A stretch of 62,990 nt of DNA, filler included, from 5 parts of 5 records of this genome joined end to end with filler, not necessarily neighbours in it, one strand, 5' to 3'; counted from the whole stretch's first letter, positions 49,340 through 60,548 are shown. The notes: a model not told the origin generated them from the letters alone. Program-made: numbers and translations.

Positions 49340-51253
49340 TCAGGCGGATTTCTGGACAATCTCTTCAATCAATTTGTCGAGCTTCTCAAAAGACACGGGT
49401 TTGGTCATGTGCAAGTTCATACCAGCCTGTGTCGACATGGTGATGCTCTTGTCATCCGACAAACCAGACAAAGCACAAATAAAACTGTCTTTTGACGCAG
49501 CGCTGTGCGACCCCCGAATTACTTTCGTAGCCTCATGCCCATCGAGATCGGGCATGTCGATGTCCATCAATACCAGATCAAAACGCTGTTTTTCGCAGAG
49601 CTCCACTGCAGGCAAGCCGCCAGTGGCTTGTACAACTTGGTGCCCCCTTTTCCCGAGGTAACGGTCTAGCAACTTGATGTTCATGGGGTGATCGTCCACC
49701 ACCAGAATACTCAATGCTCGGGAGGCCGCCTCCACCACCTTATTTGAGGTAGTCTGGCCCTGCGCCGTGGCCAGCGGCAAATTCAAACTGACTGTAAACA
49801 CCGAACCCACACCGGGTTCGGAACTGACATCAATTCGCCCTCCCATCAACTCGACAAGTCCCTTGCAAATCGCCAAACCCAAACCAGTCCCACCGTATTG
49901 GCGGTTAATTTCTCGACTGGCCTGGCTAAAGCGCTGAAACAACTTTTGCAAGGCTGGCTGACTGATTCCAATACCACTGTCAGCCACTTCAATAAACACC
50001 TCAATCCGACCCTGAGCAGGCTGTGAGGTCATCAACCGCATTTTGACATAGCCGGTATCTGTAAACTTCAACGCATTGGATACCAGGTTTTGAATCACCT
50101 GCCTTAGCCTGTTGGCATCGCCATGAACAAAGCAAGACCCTTCACTTTCATTGACCAGTGAAAATTCAAGATTTTTTTTGAGGGCGAGGTTGCGGTTCAG
50201 TGAATACACTTGCCTGACCATGGCATCCAGATCAAAAGGCGACGGATCAAGTTTCAAACCATTGGCCTGAATACGCGAGTATTCGAGCACATCGCTCAAG
50301 ATCAAGTGCAGGCTAGTTGCCGAACTGGAAATATTACGGACATCACCGCGCAGTTCGGGATCATCAAGTTGTTCCTCGAGCAATTTGGAAAAACCGATAA
50401 TGGCGTTTAGTGGGGTTCGCAGTTCATGGCTAATCGTGGCCAGAAATTCAGACTTGGCGCGATCAGCACTTTCGGCCTGCTCCTTGGCCAAAACCAGATC
50501 ACTGACATCAAGGCAAACCGCATACATGCTGACACCCGGGGCTTTCGCCTCACGTTGCAAGGTCAACTGAAAGTACTGTGGCTCTACCCCACTGCGCCGG
50601 GTGGTCGAAAAAACCAGTGACTCTCGATTGGGAAAGGCTTCAGGGCGCGACAAGACGGTGCGAAAGGCAGCGTGGTATTTTGAATCGATGTGCTTCAGTA
50701 CAGCAGTCCAATCGGCGATAAATTCGGCTCGGCTCAGTGAGAAGAAACGTTCAATTGAATTGTCGACATTTTCAACACGAACTTGCCCTTGCCCGCTGAC
50801 GCTGAATTCAACAACAAAGCCATTCAAGCAATTTTCTACACTGATCAACCGGCGTTTTTCTTCATCAAAACTGGCCAACAACATGCCTTGCTGCTGGCTC
50901 AATCGATGCACCGTATCAACCAGTGTTTGGAAAAAATCTTTACCCGCCAAATAATCGGCGGTAACTTCCGCCCCCCCGACATTCAACAAACTTTCCTTGA
51001 GCTGGAAATTCATCCATGCACGGGTCAACACACTGCCCGCGACACAAGAAACCCCAACGACCACGGCCAGCAGCAAAAGCTGCCCAAACCAGGCCAGGTC
51101 GCCCAACTGCGTCCAAAACACAGTTGAACCAACCACACTTACAGCAAAAAGCAGACACAACAAGGGATGATTGCGCCATGAGTCGTCAATGGCTTCTGAA
51201 ACTACTTTTCCCAAAGATGAAACGTTGGCCGGGGTTGCTTTCAAGAAAGTCAC
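49340..51253 (-). CDS. Hybrid sensor histidine kinase/response regulator
   Basis: Two TMs; [33 protein letters not shown]; receiver VVDD..LMDIDMP..KP. Confidence 0.95.
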   Translation of the reverse strand: MTFLKATPANVSSLGKVVSEAIDDSWRNHPLLCLLFAVSVVGSTVFWTQLGDLAWFGQLLLLAVVVGVSCVAGSVLTRAWMNFQLKESLLNVGGAEVTADYLAGKDFFQTLVDTVHRLSQQQGMLLASFDEEKRRLISVENCLNGFVVEFSVSGQGQVRVENVDNSIERFFSLSRAEFIADWTAVLKHIDSKYHAAFRTVLSRPEAFPNRESLVFSTTRRSGVEPQYFQLTLQREAKAPGVSMYAVCLDVSDLVLAKEQAESADRAKSEFLATISHELRTPLNAIIGFSKLLEEQLDDPELRGDVRNISSSATSLHLILSDVLEYSRIQANGLKLDPSPFDLDAMVRQVYSLNRNLALKKNLEFSLVNESEGSCFVHGDANRLRQVIQNLVSNALKFTDTGYVKMRLMTSQPAQGRIEVFIEVADSGIGISQPALQKLFQRFSQASREINRQYGGTGLGLAICKGLVELMGGRIDVSSEPGVGSVFTVSLNLPLATAQGQTTSNKVVEAASRALSILVVDDHPMNIKLLDRYLGKRGHQVVQATGGLPAVELCEKQRFDLVLMDIDMPDLDGHEATKVIRGSHSAASKDSFICALSGLSDDKSITMSTQAGMNLHMTKPVSFEKLDKLIEEIVQKSA

Positions 51254-51265
51254 CTGTCCAGTGGC

Positions 51266-51970
51266 TCAAGCCGAAATGGTTCTGGATAAAAATTCCAGTG
51301 ATCGACCTCTGGCCAATGCAGCCGCCTTTTGTTGATACATGGGGCGTCCCCAACAATTAAAGCCATGATCCACATTTGGATAAGTGTGAATTTCCACTTC
51401 GCGCTGATTCTCAAACGCAGCTTTGATTTGAGAAACCGCCTCCATGGGAATAAAACCATCTTTCTCCGCAAAGTGCATCAACATCGGAATTTTGGCCTGC
51501 GGCGCGCGATCAAGCGCGGTGTGAATACCGCCCCCGTAGTAACAAACGCTTGCGTCCACAGCCCCCACAGTTGTTCCCACCAAGTAAGACAGCATCCCGC
51601 CCATGCAGAACCCCAGACTGGCTACTTTCCCAATGACTTCCGGACGAGCTTTCAGCGCTTCGGCCGCAGCACACAAATCCTCAACTGCCTTGGGGAAGTC
51701 CATTCCCTGCATTAGCGCAAATCCTTTTTTAAAACCGGTGTCATCATAGCCAATGTCGACACCTGGCTCCTGTCTCCAGAATACATCCGGAGCCAACACC
51801 ACGAAACCATCGCTCGCGTACTGGTCGGCAACTTCACGAATATGCTGATTCACACCGAAAATTTCTTGAATCAGCAAAATGCCCGGGCCCTTGCCTGTCG
51901 GTGGAAGGGACAAGTAAGCGTCAAACTGGCCGCCGTCTATGGCATTGATCGAGATTCGATGGGACTGCAT
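51266..51970 (-). CDS. Dienelactone hydrolase family protein
   Basis: IQEIFGVN, GFCMGG, YYGG, DHGFN. Confidence 0.93.
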   Translation of the reverse strand: MQSHRISINAIDGGQFDAYLSLPPTGKGPGILLIQEIFGVNQHIREVADQYASDGFVVLAPDVFWRQEPGVDIGYDDTGFKKGFALMQGMDFPKAVEDLCAAAEALKARPEVIGKVASLGFCMGGMLSYLVGTTVGAVDASVCYYGGGIHTALDRAPQAKIPMLMHFAEKDGFIPMEAVSQIKAAFENQREVEIHTYPNVDHGFNCWGRPMYQQKAAALARGRSLEFLSRTISA

Positions 51971-52076
51971 AGGACTCCTCTCTGGTAGACAAAAGAAATG
52001 ACTTTGAATTGTAGCAGTCTGGTTTTGTTCAGGTGCGCTGTCAAAGACTACAAAAAACCACATCAATTAAAAAATA

Positions 52077-52092
52077 CTGTACACAGTTACAG
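52077..52092. promoter_or_regulatory. Candidate LexA (SOS) box
   Basis: CTGT-ACACAGTT-ACAG preceded by TA. Confidence 0.55.
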
Positions 52093-52149
52093 TGTTTATT
52101 GTACAGTTGTTTCAAGGAGCAAATAAAAACAGCAGATGGAGAAATCAAG

Positions 52150-52419
52150 ATGAGCATCAAACGATTTACTGTATTTTTTGTGTTGTGGGTGTTGGGTTGT
52201 GCCTTCGTTCTCGAGCCAGCGTTCATTGCACCCATGTTTGAAACCAGCAGCACTCTTGAGTTGGCCTTTGCCGGAAATCCGGGACAACTGGGCGGTCTTG
52301 AATTAAACACAAACAGCAGCACTGCGGTAGAATCAATGGACCATTTCAGAGTACTTTGTTTGCTCTACTTCGGCTTGCCTGTTGCTGTTTATTTGGCGAC
52401 GCAGTGGAAGGAACTCTAA
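52150..52419 (+). CDS. Small two-TM hypothetical protein
   Basis: GGAG RBS; hydrophobic N- and C-terminal segments. Confidence 0.6.
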   Translation: MSIKRFTVFFVLWVLGCAFVLEPAFIAPMFETSSTLELAFAGNPGQLGGLELNTNSSTAVESMDHFRVLCLLYFGLPVAVYLATQWKEL

Positions 52420-52436
52420 TTCATTCTTGTTGAACC

Positions 52437-53501
52437 ATGAAGTATGTAGTCGCAGGTGTGCTGAGTGTCGTTGCCGGTTTTTTAATTCAAGGCTGTGCAG
52501 CATCAAATCCCTATTTTGACTCGAGTAAGCCCCACCACAGGCCTGATGGCTTCGTGAACTCCGATGGCACCACTGTTTCAAAACCGATGTCTGACCTGCT
52601 TCGATGGTACCGGGAGCGATTTGGAAAAGACCTGCCGCCACCTCCCGGCCAATTCATTGCAAGCTACGCAGATTTCCCGCTAAGGGCGTTCGACAAAAGC
52701 CAGCTTTCAGAATACACGGACACCACAGCCACTTGGCTAGGGCATGCAACGGTCATGGTGCGCGCCAACGGCTTCACCCTGCTGACAGATCCCCACTTTT
52801 CAGTCCGCGCGTTTCCGGTGCAATGGGCAGGTCCATCACGGAAAGTTCAATCTCCGAGTCGCGTGGAAAACCTGCCAAAAATTGATGTGGTGGTCATTAG
52901 CCACAGCCACTATGACCACCTGGACCACAACACCGTGGTTAAACTAGCCGAGCAGCAACCTGACACCCTTTTTCTGGTGCCACTTGGACTGGAGTCTCTG
53001 TTGAAAAGCTGGGGTGTCAGGAATGTGAAGGAAATGGACTGGTGGGAAACCCACACCCTGGGAGAAAACCAGGTTACGTTTGTACCCGCTTACCACTGGT
53101 CAGCGCGCACGTTGGCCGACAGAAACAAATCACTGTGGGGTGGATGGACACTGAAAAACCCAAAATTGAGCTTCTACTTTTCTGGTGACACTGGTTACAG
53201 CAAAGACTTCGAGGAAATTGGAAGACGTCTGGGCCCTTTTGACTTCAGTGCGATTGCGGTGGGCGCCTACGAACCCCGATGGTTCATGAAGGCACAACAC
53301 ATTAATCCAGATGAAGCGGTACAAATTCACAAAGACGTACGCTCAACGAAATCAATGGGCATTCATTGGGGTACGTTCGAGTTGACCGATGAACCGCTGG
53401 ATCAACCCATCGGTGATTTGAAACTCGCGTTGGAGCAACACAATGTGGCCCCAGGTGACTTCAAGTTACTGGGACATGGAGACACGATTAATCTCGATTG
53501 A
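52437..53501 (+). CDS. MBL-fold hydrolase, NAPE-PLD/RomA-like lipoprotein
   Basis: Lipobox IQGC; WLGHAT, ISHSHYDHLD, HWSAR, GDTGY, IHWGTF. Confidence 0.9.
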   Translation: MKYVVAGVLSVVAGFLIQGCAASNPYFDSSKPHHRPDGFVNSDGTTVSKPMSDLLRWYRERFGKDLPPPPGQFIASYADFPLRAFDKSQLSEYTDTTATWLGHATVMVRANGFTLLTDPHFSVRAFPVQWAGPSRKVQSPSRVENLPKIDVVVISHSHYDHLDHNTVVKLAEQQPDTLFLVPLGLESLLKSWGVRNVKEMDWWETHTLGENQVTFVPAYHWSARTLADRNKSLWGGWTLKNPKLSFYFSGDTGYSKDFEEIGRRLGPFDFSAIAVGAYEPRWFMKAQHINPDEAVQIHKDVRSTKSMGIHWGTFELTDEPLDQPIGDLKLALEQHNVAPGDFKLLGHGDTINLD

Positions 53502-53541
53502 TCGTCGGATAATCCTAAATGACTTAGATTGTCTGTCTAGG

Positions 53542-53955
53542 TCAAATCAGCTTGTTGAATTGGGGCATACAATGACGGACCAAAGTCATGGTCAGCAGGT
53601 TGCTCAGCTGTTCGTCAGTGGCCTTGTCCGACAAAAAATGGAGTCCAGCGAACGAGCTCCAAGTTGCCTCGGAGACCCTAAACGGTGTGTCTTGGATAAT
53701 CAGGATTTGCGTACCGGCCGCGTACATGTCCAGTAAAGTGTTTTGAATCAATGCGCTTGAGCGCTGAAAGCTGGCTCTAACCACAACCACGCCTACGCTA
53801 AGATTCTCGGCGGCCAAGCTCAGTTCCTTACCCGTCTGACGAGGTAGTACCTCGTATTGACCCCATACTTTTTGAGCGAACGCGCACAACTTGTCCAGCA
53901 ACTGTTTGTTGGGTTCCAGGACCACCACACCGATTGAGTCTTGCGCTGCTGACAT
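53542..53955 (-). CDS. Hypothetical protein (degenerate receiver-like pattern)
   Basis: Beta/alpha alternation starting IGVVVLEP; no canonical phospho-Asp motif. Confidence 0.5.
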   Translation of the reverse strand: MSAAQDSIGVVVLEPNKQLLDKLCAFAQKVWGQYEVLPRQTGKELSLAAENLSVGVVVVRASFQRSSALIQNTLLDMYAAGTQILIIQDTPFRVSEATWSSFAGLHFLSDKATDEQLSNLLTMTLVRHCMPQFNKLI

Positions 53956-54181
53956 CTTATTCGCCTTTTTGTCTAGGACAACTTTGATCATTTGACCACA
54001 AGCTCGTGGGTAGAGCAATGCAAATTACTCTATATGCTCAATAAAGATAATTAATATGCAGTGCGATAACCATTAACGCACGTTTAGAGCACGCAAGGGC
54101 GCAAAGGTTCCGCCTGTTTTGACACCAAAACAGGGAACTCATTGACAATTTCGGACAAAGAGGATTTGTCTGGATTGGAAC

Positions 54182-55609
54182 TTAACTCAGATCCAAATAG
54201 GGCTTCAGTAGCTCATGCAGGCGCAGTTCAGCTCGCAGAGTTTTTAAGGTGACCAACACCCCGCCAATCCTCCGATGCAGGAATATGATTTCCTGAGGCG
54301 GTATCTTGAAATGCTTGGACATCATTTTCAATGCTGCAGTCTGACCCACTCTAGCTGGCAAGTCAGTGTCGCCAAACCGATATGCTCCCCCAGGGGTGTA
54401 AAGCCGCTCTGACACCATGGGGTCAAATGGCTTGCGAAACGGTTCAACAATCAATTCGGTTAAATCGCCAAACCCCTCCAGAAAGGATTGAGGAGTGTTG
54501 CTGTCCATCAAGCCGATCTCTAAAACACCTTGAGCAACCTCGCGTCGGTCTGCCTGAAGTGATCCACGAACAATGCGCCCATAGCTGTCAACAAAGGACT
54601 TGTCGAACGGACGCGTTGCACCAAAATCCAGCGTTACGATCTGATCGTTCTCTGCATCGGGATCAATGCGAACCCGGTAGTTTCCAAAATGAGGATCGGT
54701 TTGAACCAGATTCCAGTCAAAAAACTCAGTGACAAAAAGTTCAGCAAAACCCTGTGCCAAGGCATTCCGGCGTTTTTGCGACAAGGCTTGCACTTCTTTG
54801 GAAGAAACGGAATACCCGGGCTCATAACGCGTGGTCAGCACTCGTTGCGCGCAAAATTCTGGATAAACCTTCGGAACGATAAAACGCTTGTCGTCAACAA
54901 GCCGGTCATAGAATATTTCAGTAAATTCCCGCTCCTGGACATAATCGCACTCTCGAACCAGCATGTCGCGTAGTTCATTGAACACATCAGTCAAATCAAG
55001 TGCTTTGGGAGCCAAACGTGTCGCAGAAATTAACCTCGACAGGGTACGAATGTCCGTGTCAATCGCGTTGGCCACACCGGGATACTGAATTTTGACAACG
55101 ACCTGCTCACCAGTAGCCTTAATGGTCGCCAGATGAGCCTGGCCCAAGGATGCAGCAGCAATCGGCTTTCGATGAATATCGAGTTTTGCTATTGTTGTTT
55201 CACCCAAGGCATCAATCAGTTGAGGCTCAACGAATGACCAGCTGACCGCCGGCGTATTGTCCTGCAGGGTGGCCAACACCTCGACAGCCTCTTCGGGCAG
55301 AAAATATTGCCCATAGAGAGAAAGCATTTGCCCTGCTTTCATCACGCTACCTTTCAGGCGACCCAGCTCATCAGCCAGTTCTTTGGCCTGCGCGCGATAA
55401 AAGTTCCGATTGGCCTCGTCCTTGGATTCACCACGGCGGAAGAAATTGCGAACCGTATGCCCTGCAATTTTGGCACCCGCACCCACCCCCATGCGTGTCA
55501 ATGCAACATTTCGCTCAAAGGCACCGGTTTTGATGCGGTCCATGGTGCTGCCATCGGCGATAGCCTCCGAATTGGCTTCGGAGTTGTCGGGTTTGTCCTG
55601 CTCGGCCAT
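54182..55609 (-). CDS. ABC1/UbiB atypical kinase family protein
   Basis: LKGSVMKAGQ, AAASLGQAH, VKIQYPGV, QTDPHFGN, LDFG. Confidence 0.93.
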   Translation of the reverse strand: MAEQDKPDNSEANSEAIADGSTMDRIKTGAFERNVALTRMGVGAGAKIAGHTVRNFFRRGESKDEANRNFYRAQAKELADELGRLKGSVMKAGQMLSLYGQYFLPEEAVEVLATLQDNTPAVSWSFVEPQLIDALGETTIAKLDIHRKPIAAASLGQAHLATIKATGEQVVVKIQYPGVANAIDTDIRTLSRLISATRLAPKALDLTDVFNELRDMLVRECDYVQEREFTEIFYDRLVDDKRFIVPKVYPEFCAQRVLTTRYEPGYSVSSKEVQALSQKRRNALAQGFAELFVTEFFDWNLVQTDPHFGNYRVRIDPDAENDQIVTLDFGATRPFDKSFVDSYGRIVRGSLQADRREVAQGVLEIGLMDSNTPQSFLEGFGDLTELIVEPFRKPFDPMVSERLYTPGGAYRFGDTDLPARVGQTAALKMMSKHFKIPPQEIIFLHRRIGGVLVTLKTLRAELRLHELLKPYLDLS

Positions 55610-55719
55610 GCTGCGAAAAGTCCTTGCGAATACAAAGTAAGTTGGGCGACATTGTAGTAGCTGGTCGCCCGGTGCTGATGAAAAAGCACTCTAAATCACC
55701 AAAGCATTTTCACTCAGGA

Positions 55720-57045
55720 TCAGCGCATCAGTTTACGAAGTGCAGCGGGCGTAAAGTCGCCCGGTTTCACGGCCACATTGAATTCAGTGGCAGGTTCCTC
55801 ATTCTGGAAAGCACTGAATACAGACTTGCGAGCATTCAAATCATGTTGTACTTCACCGGCGGTGTACAAGCCCGGCGCATCGTAAGCTTGCATCAGATAC
55901 AACATTTTGACGCGCCACAATTCTCCCTTGGTGTCGTACTGGTCCATCAGGGCCACATACCAGCTGTCTTCATCCACATACATGGTGCGCTTGGAATAGA
56001 TATGTTCGGCGCCCTGCTTCAACGTGCCTTCAATGACCCAAACACGGTGCAGTTCAAAACGTGTCAGCTCCGGTTTCAAAAAAGCATCACTGAGCATGTT
56101 GTCGTACTTCAGGCTTTTGTCGCTTAGCTTGTAGTTGTTATAAGGAATGTACATTTCACGCTTGCCAAGGAGCTTCCACTCAAATCGTTCTGGTGAACCA
56201 TTGAATCCATAAATATCGTCCACAGTACGCAAAGCATCGGTATTGCCCGCCGGTGCTGCATGTACCAGTTCAGGTGCGCGCAATACCCGGCGCTGACCGG
56301 AATTCACGATCCATGCATTACGCGCATCCTCTTTAAAATTGAGGGTGTCAAGCACCAACAACGCTTCGCCTGATTGTGCGGAAGGCTTGGTCGATTCGCC
56401 GATCAGTGCAAACAACAGCGTGCTGCCTGCCTTGCCGATTGCTGGCGCCCACGCAATGGTTTGGCTGCTGGCAAATGTAATCGGCTTGCTGCCATTGCCT
56501 GCCACAAAGCCAGCTGTGTGCGACCTTAAAGTTTGTGCCGGACGACGAAGCAAAGTATTCCAGACCGCCTCAAGACCGTTTTTGGGTTGAGGGAAAGGCA
56601 CGCTGGTGGATTGAACCCCCTCAACCGCAAGGCCGCCATGCGCCAGCTTGGCCTTGCCAGCTTCGGCTCCGATACTGGTCATCATCTCTGAAGAAAATGC
56701 GGCCGTGCGATGTGTTTTGTAAACGGGAATGCTGTAGTTCGGATAGCGTTTGATCAAGGCGATTTGCCCGGCAGGCAAAAATTTCTCATGCTGAGCCAAA
56801 TTACTCTGGTTCACCACGAACAAGGGTTTTTCACCTGCAAATGGATCAACGTAGCCCTTTTTGGGATCAAACCCGGCTGGCGCTTTGGTAAGCCCTCCAG
56901 TCCACTCAGGAATGGTACCGGCCGCATTGCCGGCTATTTCAGCGCCCAAGGCGTTCACTGAACCGGTTTGGGCGATGGCAACGGTGCCGCTCAGGGCAAA
57001 CCACATTGCCGAGGCCACTACGCCTCGCAATAATTCAAATCGCAT
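55720..57045 (-). CDS. DUF1329 exported protein
   Basis: GAEIAGNAAGTIPEWTGG, PFPQPKNGLE, GQRRVLRAP, RFELHRVWV, DEDSW. Confidence 0.92.
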   Translation of the reverse strand: MRFELLRGVVASAMWFALSGTVAIAQTGSVNALGAEIAGNAAGTIPEWTGGLTKAPAGFDPKKGYVDPFAGEKPLFVVNQSNLAQHEKFLPAGQIALIKRYPNYSIPVYKTHRTAAFSSEMMTSIGAEAGKAKLAHGGLAVEGVQSTSVPFPQPKNGLEAVWNTLLRRPAQTLRSHTAGFVAGNGSKPITFASSQTIAWAPAIGKAGSTLLFALIGESTKPSAQSGEALLVLDTLNFKEDARNAWIVNSGQRRVLRAPELVHAAPAGNTDALRTVDDIYGFNGSPERFEWKLLGKREMYIPYNNYKLSDKSLKYDNMLSDAFLKPELTRFELHRVWVIEGTLKQGAEHIYSKRTMYVDEDSWYVALMDQYDTKGELWRVKMLYLMQAYDAPGLYTAGEVQHDLNARKSVFSAFQNEEPATEFNVAVKPGDFTPAALRKLMR

Positions 57046-57083
57046 GTTGTCTCCTGCTGGTGGTTCTGCTTTTTCTTGTCAGT

Positions 57084-57956
57084 CTACTTTACCGCACTGG
57101 CGGGGCGCGCAAACAGAATGCGACAAAAGTCTGCACCTTTGCCTGAACACGCAGGAATTTGCGCTGCAAAGTCGCTGGGCTTAAGCACTTGGCAAGCCAT
57201 ACCCAGTTCCTCCATGGCCAATTGCAAATGACCTGCTGTTTCAAAATGCAGGTGCACTTTGCCCCGAACAAAAATACCAAGGCCTGCAACGAAAGCCTGT
57301 GCAAGAGGATCGGAGTTTTGGGCCTGCAAGTGAATGTCGGAAAGATAAGCCCCCTGCTGAAACTGCGCCAAAGTCGAAGAAATTCTGGTCCACAGGTTCT
57401 GTACGGAGTCTTTGTCAAAATAATTTAGCAGTCCTTCAGTCACCACCGCCAAGCCTTGGCTGGTATCCAACTGCATGGCCAAACCATCCAGACTGTGTGC
57501 ACCCTGCTCGGCAAAAGCGTCCACCACCTTGATGTGGTGATTCGGGCAAGCCCTCAGGCGTGTGGCCAGCAGCTTTTTCTTTTGAGCGACCATACCTGGC
57601 AGATCAGCTTCAATATAGGTAATCTTGTCGCCGTAGCGCTCAACAAAACGGCTTCCACGAGGCGACAAACCCGCTGCTATCTCAATGATTTGAGTGACTT
57701 TTCCTGACTCAATCAGTTCAGTCAGATGATGATCGATCAGATCGTGCCGGGCCAACAGAAAATCTTCCAGTGTCGGGCCACCGAAACTTCTGGACACAAA
57801 CATGGTAGGCGCCAGTGCAAGGTGCAATGCACTGGCAGGCATGGATTTCAATTCAGGAATAGAACGACCTGTGGTTTGCCAAACCTGCCCCGTGTACAAA
57901 GCCGTAGGACTGATGCGAGCAGCAGACAGCCACTGCGAGGCCAGTTTTTTAACCAT
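57084..57956 (-). CDS. SAM-dependent methyltransferase (LCM-like)
   Basis: ISPTALYT, IEIAAGLSPRG, EADLP, TEGLLNY. Confidence 0.85.
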   Translation of the reverse strand: MVKKLASQWLSAARISPTALYTGQVWQTTGRSIPELKSMPASALHLALAPTMFVSRSFGGPTLEDFLLARHDLIDHHLTELIESGKVTQIIEIAAGLSPRGSRFVERYGDKITYIEADLPGMVAQKKKLLATRLRACPNHHIKVVDAFAEQGAHSLDGLAMQLDTSQGLAVVTEGLLNYFDKDSVQNLWTRISSTLAQFQQGAYLSDIHLQAQNSDPLAQAFVAGLGIFVRGKVHLHFETAGHLQLAMEELGMACQVLKPSDFAAQIPACSGKGADFCRILFARPASAVK

Positions 57957-57964
57957 GAGATCCT

Positions 57965-58345
57965 CTAAACAATTGAATGTTCAAGCAGGGTTTCCAAAGG
58001 GATGATATCCAGTGCGGTTTGATTGGTTCCCTCCAAATACACAGGTGGCGCCACCCCAGCCTCATAGGCCTCCAGCCAACGGCTGGCACATACACACCAT
58101 CGGTCTCCGGGCTTCAGCCCGGCAAATCGATATTGGGGCATAGGGCTGATGAGATCATTGCCCATGCGCAACTGGAATTCCAGAAACTCTTGAGTGACTT
58201 TTGCACACACTACATGCCGACCTAAATCGTTGGGACCGGTACTACAACAACCGTCTCGCATAAAACCAGTGAGTGGCGCATAGGAGCAGGCAAGCAAGGG
58301 CCCGCCGAGAACATTTTTATCTTGTTTCACAGTAACTTTCGACAT
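57965..58345 (-). CDS. DUF2237 family protein
   Basis: NVLGGPL..CS..PLTGF.RDGCC, GNDL, GLKPGDRWCVCA.RW. Confidence 0.93.
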   Translation of the reverse strand: MSKVTVKQDKNVLGGPLLACSYAPLTGFMRDGCCSTGPNDLGRHVVCAKVTQEFLEFQLRMGNDLISPMPQYRFAGLKPGDRWCVCASRWLEAYEAGVAPPVYLEGTNQTALDIIPLETLLEHSIV

Positions 58346-58348
58346 GAA

Positions 58349-58798
58349 TTATTTTGAACCGGGAACAGGCACGACGGCCATGGTGAGTCTGGAAATACAA
58401 CTGAGCTTTCCACTGTCATCGTGCAGCTCAATATTCCAGACTTGCGAGCTTTTGCCGGCATGCCATAACTTGGCTGTGCCCGTCACTTTGCCGCTTCTAA
58501 CGCCACGCAGATGATTGGCGTTGACCTCTTGCCCGACGCAATAAAATTTGCTGTTGTCAACCAGCAAATTGGCGCCAATACTTCCCAAGGTTTCAGCAAG
58601 CACCACATTTGCTCCGCCATGAACCAGGCCAAAGGGCTGAAACGTTCGGGTGTCTGCAGGCATGGTGCCGCGAATGTAGTCGGGCCCCACTTCGGTGATT
58701 TCGATGCCCAAAGCCTCACAGGCTGTGTTTTTACACATGGCATTCATGTTTTCCAGATTGGGAGTGGAAAACCAAATGGATTCTTGATTGTTTTGCAT
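58349..58798 (-). CDS. Hotdog-fold thioesterase (PaaI/YdiI-like)
   Basis: QPFGLVHGGA.VVLAETLGS, EVNANHLR. Confidence 0.93.
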   Translation of the reverse strand: MQNNQESIWFSTPNLENMNAMCKNTACEALGIEITEVGPDYIRGTMPADTRTFQPFGLVHGGANVVLAETLGSIGANLLVDNSKFYCVGQEVNANHLRGVRSGKVTGTAKLWHAGKSSQVWNIELHDDSGKLSCISRLTMAVVPVPGSK

Positions 58799-58849
58799 GG
58801 CTGCAGAGTCTCTGTAAGTTTAATTTGTGTCCTATTTTAGGCATGCAAT

Positions 58850-59593
58850 TTAAACTTTGGGACAAGCCTCGATGAGTTTGGCCACTGTATTAGACAAATT
58901 TAGGGCAGTTTCATCTTTCAGGCGCTGGCAGTTACTGTACAAGTCCGCCTCGCTGAAGGAAAAACCAGCGCCAGCATGGGCCACGGCGATCACATTGCCA
59001 CTGGAGCAAGGCGACAAAGCCATTGCATGCCCATCGAACGCATCCAGCAAGCGCTGCTTGCTCTGGGTTGAATCTTTCTGATTGCTTAAAAGATTGGCGA
59101 CCAAGTACCCCTGCTCACTCAACAAGGCCTTGCAATTCAGGTAAAACGCAGTCGAGTTCAATGGACCTACCTTGGCTTTGCCATCAAAACCGTCCACCAT
59201 GATCAAATCGAATTGCCGGGAATTGCGGCTTGCCTCAATAGCCACGTAGTCTGCGCCGCAACTCACTTCAACCTGAAAGGTTGGGGAAAACGGCGGCAGT
59301 TTGAAATGCATTTGCGCAGCTGCAACCACTGCATGCGATATTTCCACCACGGTGATTTTGCAGGCGGGCTTGTGCTTGTGTAAAAACTTGGGCAAGGCTC
59401 CCACCCCAAGACCAACAAACAAAGCGGAACGTGGCCAATTTGGGTCAGAATTCAGCAGCAATGGAGCCATCATTTCGCGGGTGTACTCAAGCTCGAGTGC
59501 ATAGGGCCTTGCAATACGCATGGCCCCTTGCACCCAGTCACTGCCGAAATGCAGTTGGCGAACGCCCTTTTCTTCGCTGATCAATATGTCCAT
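58850..59593 (-). CDS. Spermidine-synthase-like methyltransferase
   Basis: LHFGSDWVQGAMR, LEYTREMM, GLGVG, VVEI, DLIMVDGF. Confidence 0.85.
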   Translation of the reverse strand: MDILISEEKGVRQLHFGSDWVQGAMRIARPYALELEYTREMMAPLLLNSDPNWPRSALFVGLGVGALPKFLHKHKPACKITVVEISHAVVAAAQMHFKLPPFSPTFQVEVSCGADYVAIEASRNSRQFDLIMVDGFDGKAKVGPLNSTAFYLNCKALLSEQGYLVANLLSNQKDSTQSKQRLLDAFDGHAMALSPCSSGNVIAVAHAGAGFSFSEADLYSNCQRLKDETALNLSNTVAKLIEACPKV

Positions 59594-59613
59594 AGGGCGA
59601 AAGAATAACCGAA

Positions 59614-60486
59614 TTATTCAAACAGGGCTTGCCCCATGAACAATCGGCTTCCTTCACTTAAGCCCTCGACAAGATTCCAGCATGGTGGCACCAACAACAC
59701 AATGGTGGAGCCGTGCTCAAACCACCCAAGCTCTTCTCCCTTGTGAATGGGCGTGTGGGTGCGCACGCGTTGAGGCCCGCGGTCGGTTTGATTAAACACA
59801 CGCCCAGTGCAATGCAAGCGAATGCCCGCAACCAGGATGGCCGCCACCGGTACGATGGCGAACGGTTCACCTTGCACGGTTTTGCCGCTCAACACCGCAC
59901 GCTCATTTTTACAAAACAGCTTTTCTACGCGTTTCAAGGCCACGGGGTTTACATTCCATGTATCCCCGTGAATGTAATCCACTTGGTCCACCACTCCATC
60001 AATTGGGGAATGCATACGGTGATACATGCTGGCTGTAATCCGGATGGTAAGGTATCGATGCGCATGAAATTTAATCGCAAGTACTGGGTCTACCAGCAAT
60101 TCTTCGATTGCGTAAGGAAAGCCTTTAACCTGAAGCAGGCTGCCGTCCTCCACTAGGCCATGGGCGCCCAGAATTCCATCGCAAGGGCTGGTGCCCAAGG
60201 CACTTGAAGCCACAGGCCGCATACCCGGCTTCAATGCACGGGTAAAACAATCATGAATGGAGTTGAACTGCTGCTTTTGCGCCTCGTGCAGGTTTAAATC
60301 GGCAAATTGGCGCCACAACCACAAGGCTGGCTGGGCAAACCACGGGTGTTTGATTTTGCTCACCTTGCCCATCAACCAAGAGCTGAACAAGCGAGGGATT
60401 CGATTGGTCAGCATGAAGTTGGCACTCTCCTGTAAACGAATGCGGGACGCCTGATATGCAGAATATGCCTGTGTATTTTTTTGCAA
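59614..60486 (-). CDS. psd: Phosphatidylserine decarboxylase family proenzyme
   Basis: FTRALKPG.RP, SPCDG, QVKG..Y, YHRMHSP, NER, GWFEHGST cleavage site; start uncertain. Confidence 0.88.
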   Translation of the reverse strand: MQKNTQAYSAYQASRIRLQESANFMLTNRIPRLFSSWLMGKVSKIKHPWFAQPALWLWRQFADLNLHEAQKQQFNSIHDCFTRALKPGMRPVASSALGTSPCDGILGAHGLVEDGSLLQVKGFPYAIEELLVDPVLAIKFHAHRYLTIRITASMYHRMHSPIDGVVDQVDYIHGDTWNVNPVALKRVEKLFCKNERAVLSGKTVQGEPFAIVPVAAILVAGIRLHCTGRVFNQTDRGPQRVRTHTPIHKGEELGWFEHGSTIVLLVPPCWNLVEGLSEGSRLFMGQALFE

Positions 60487-60548
60487 TTTAATCAGCCTGT
60501 CACCGAGATGGCGTACAACCTTACCTGTTGTATTTGACAGAAATGTGT

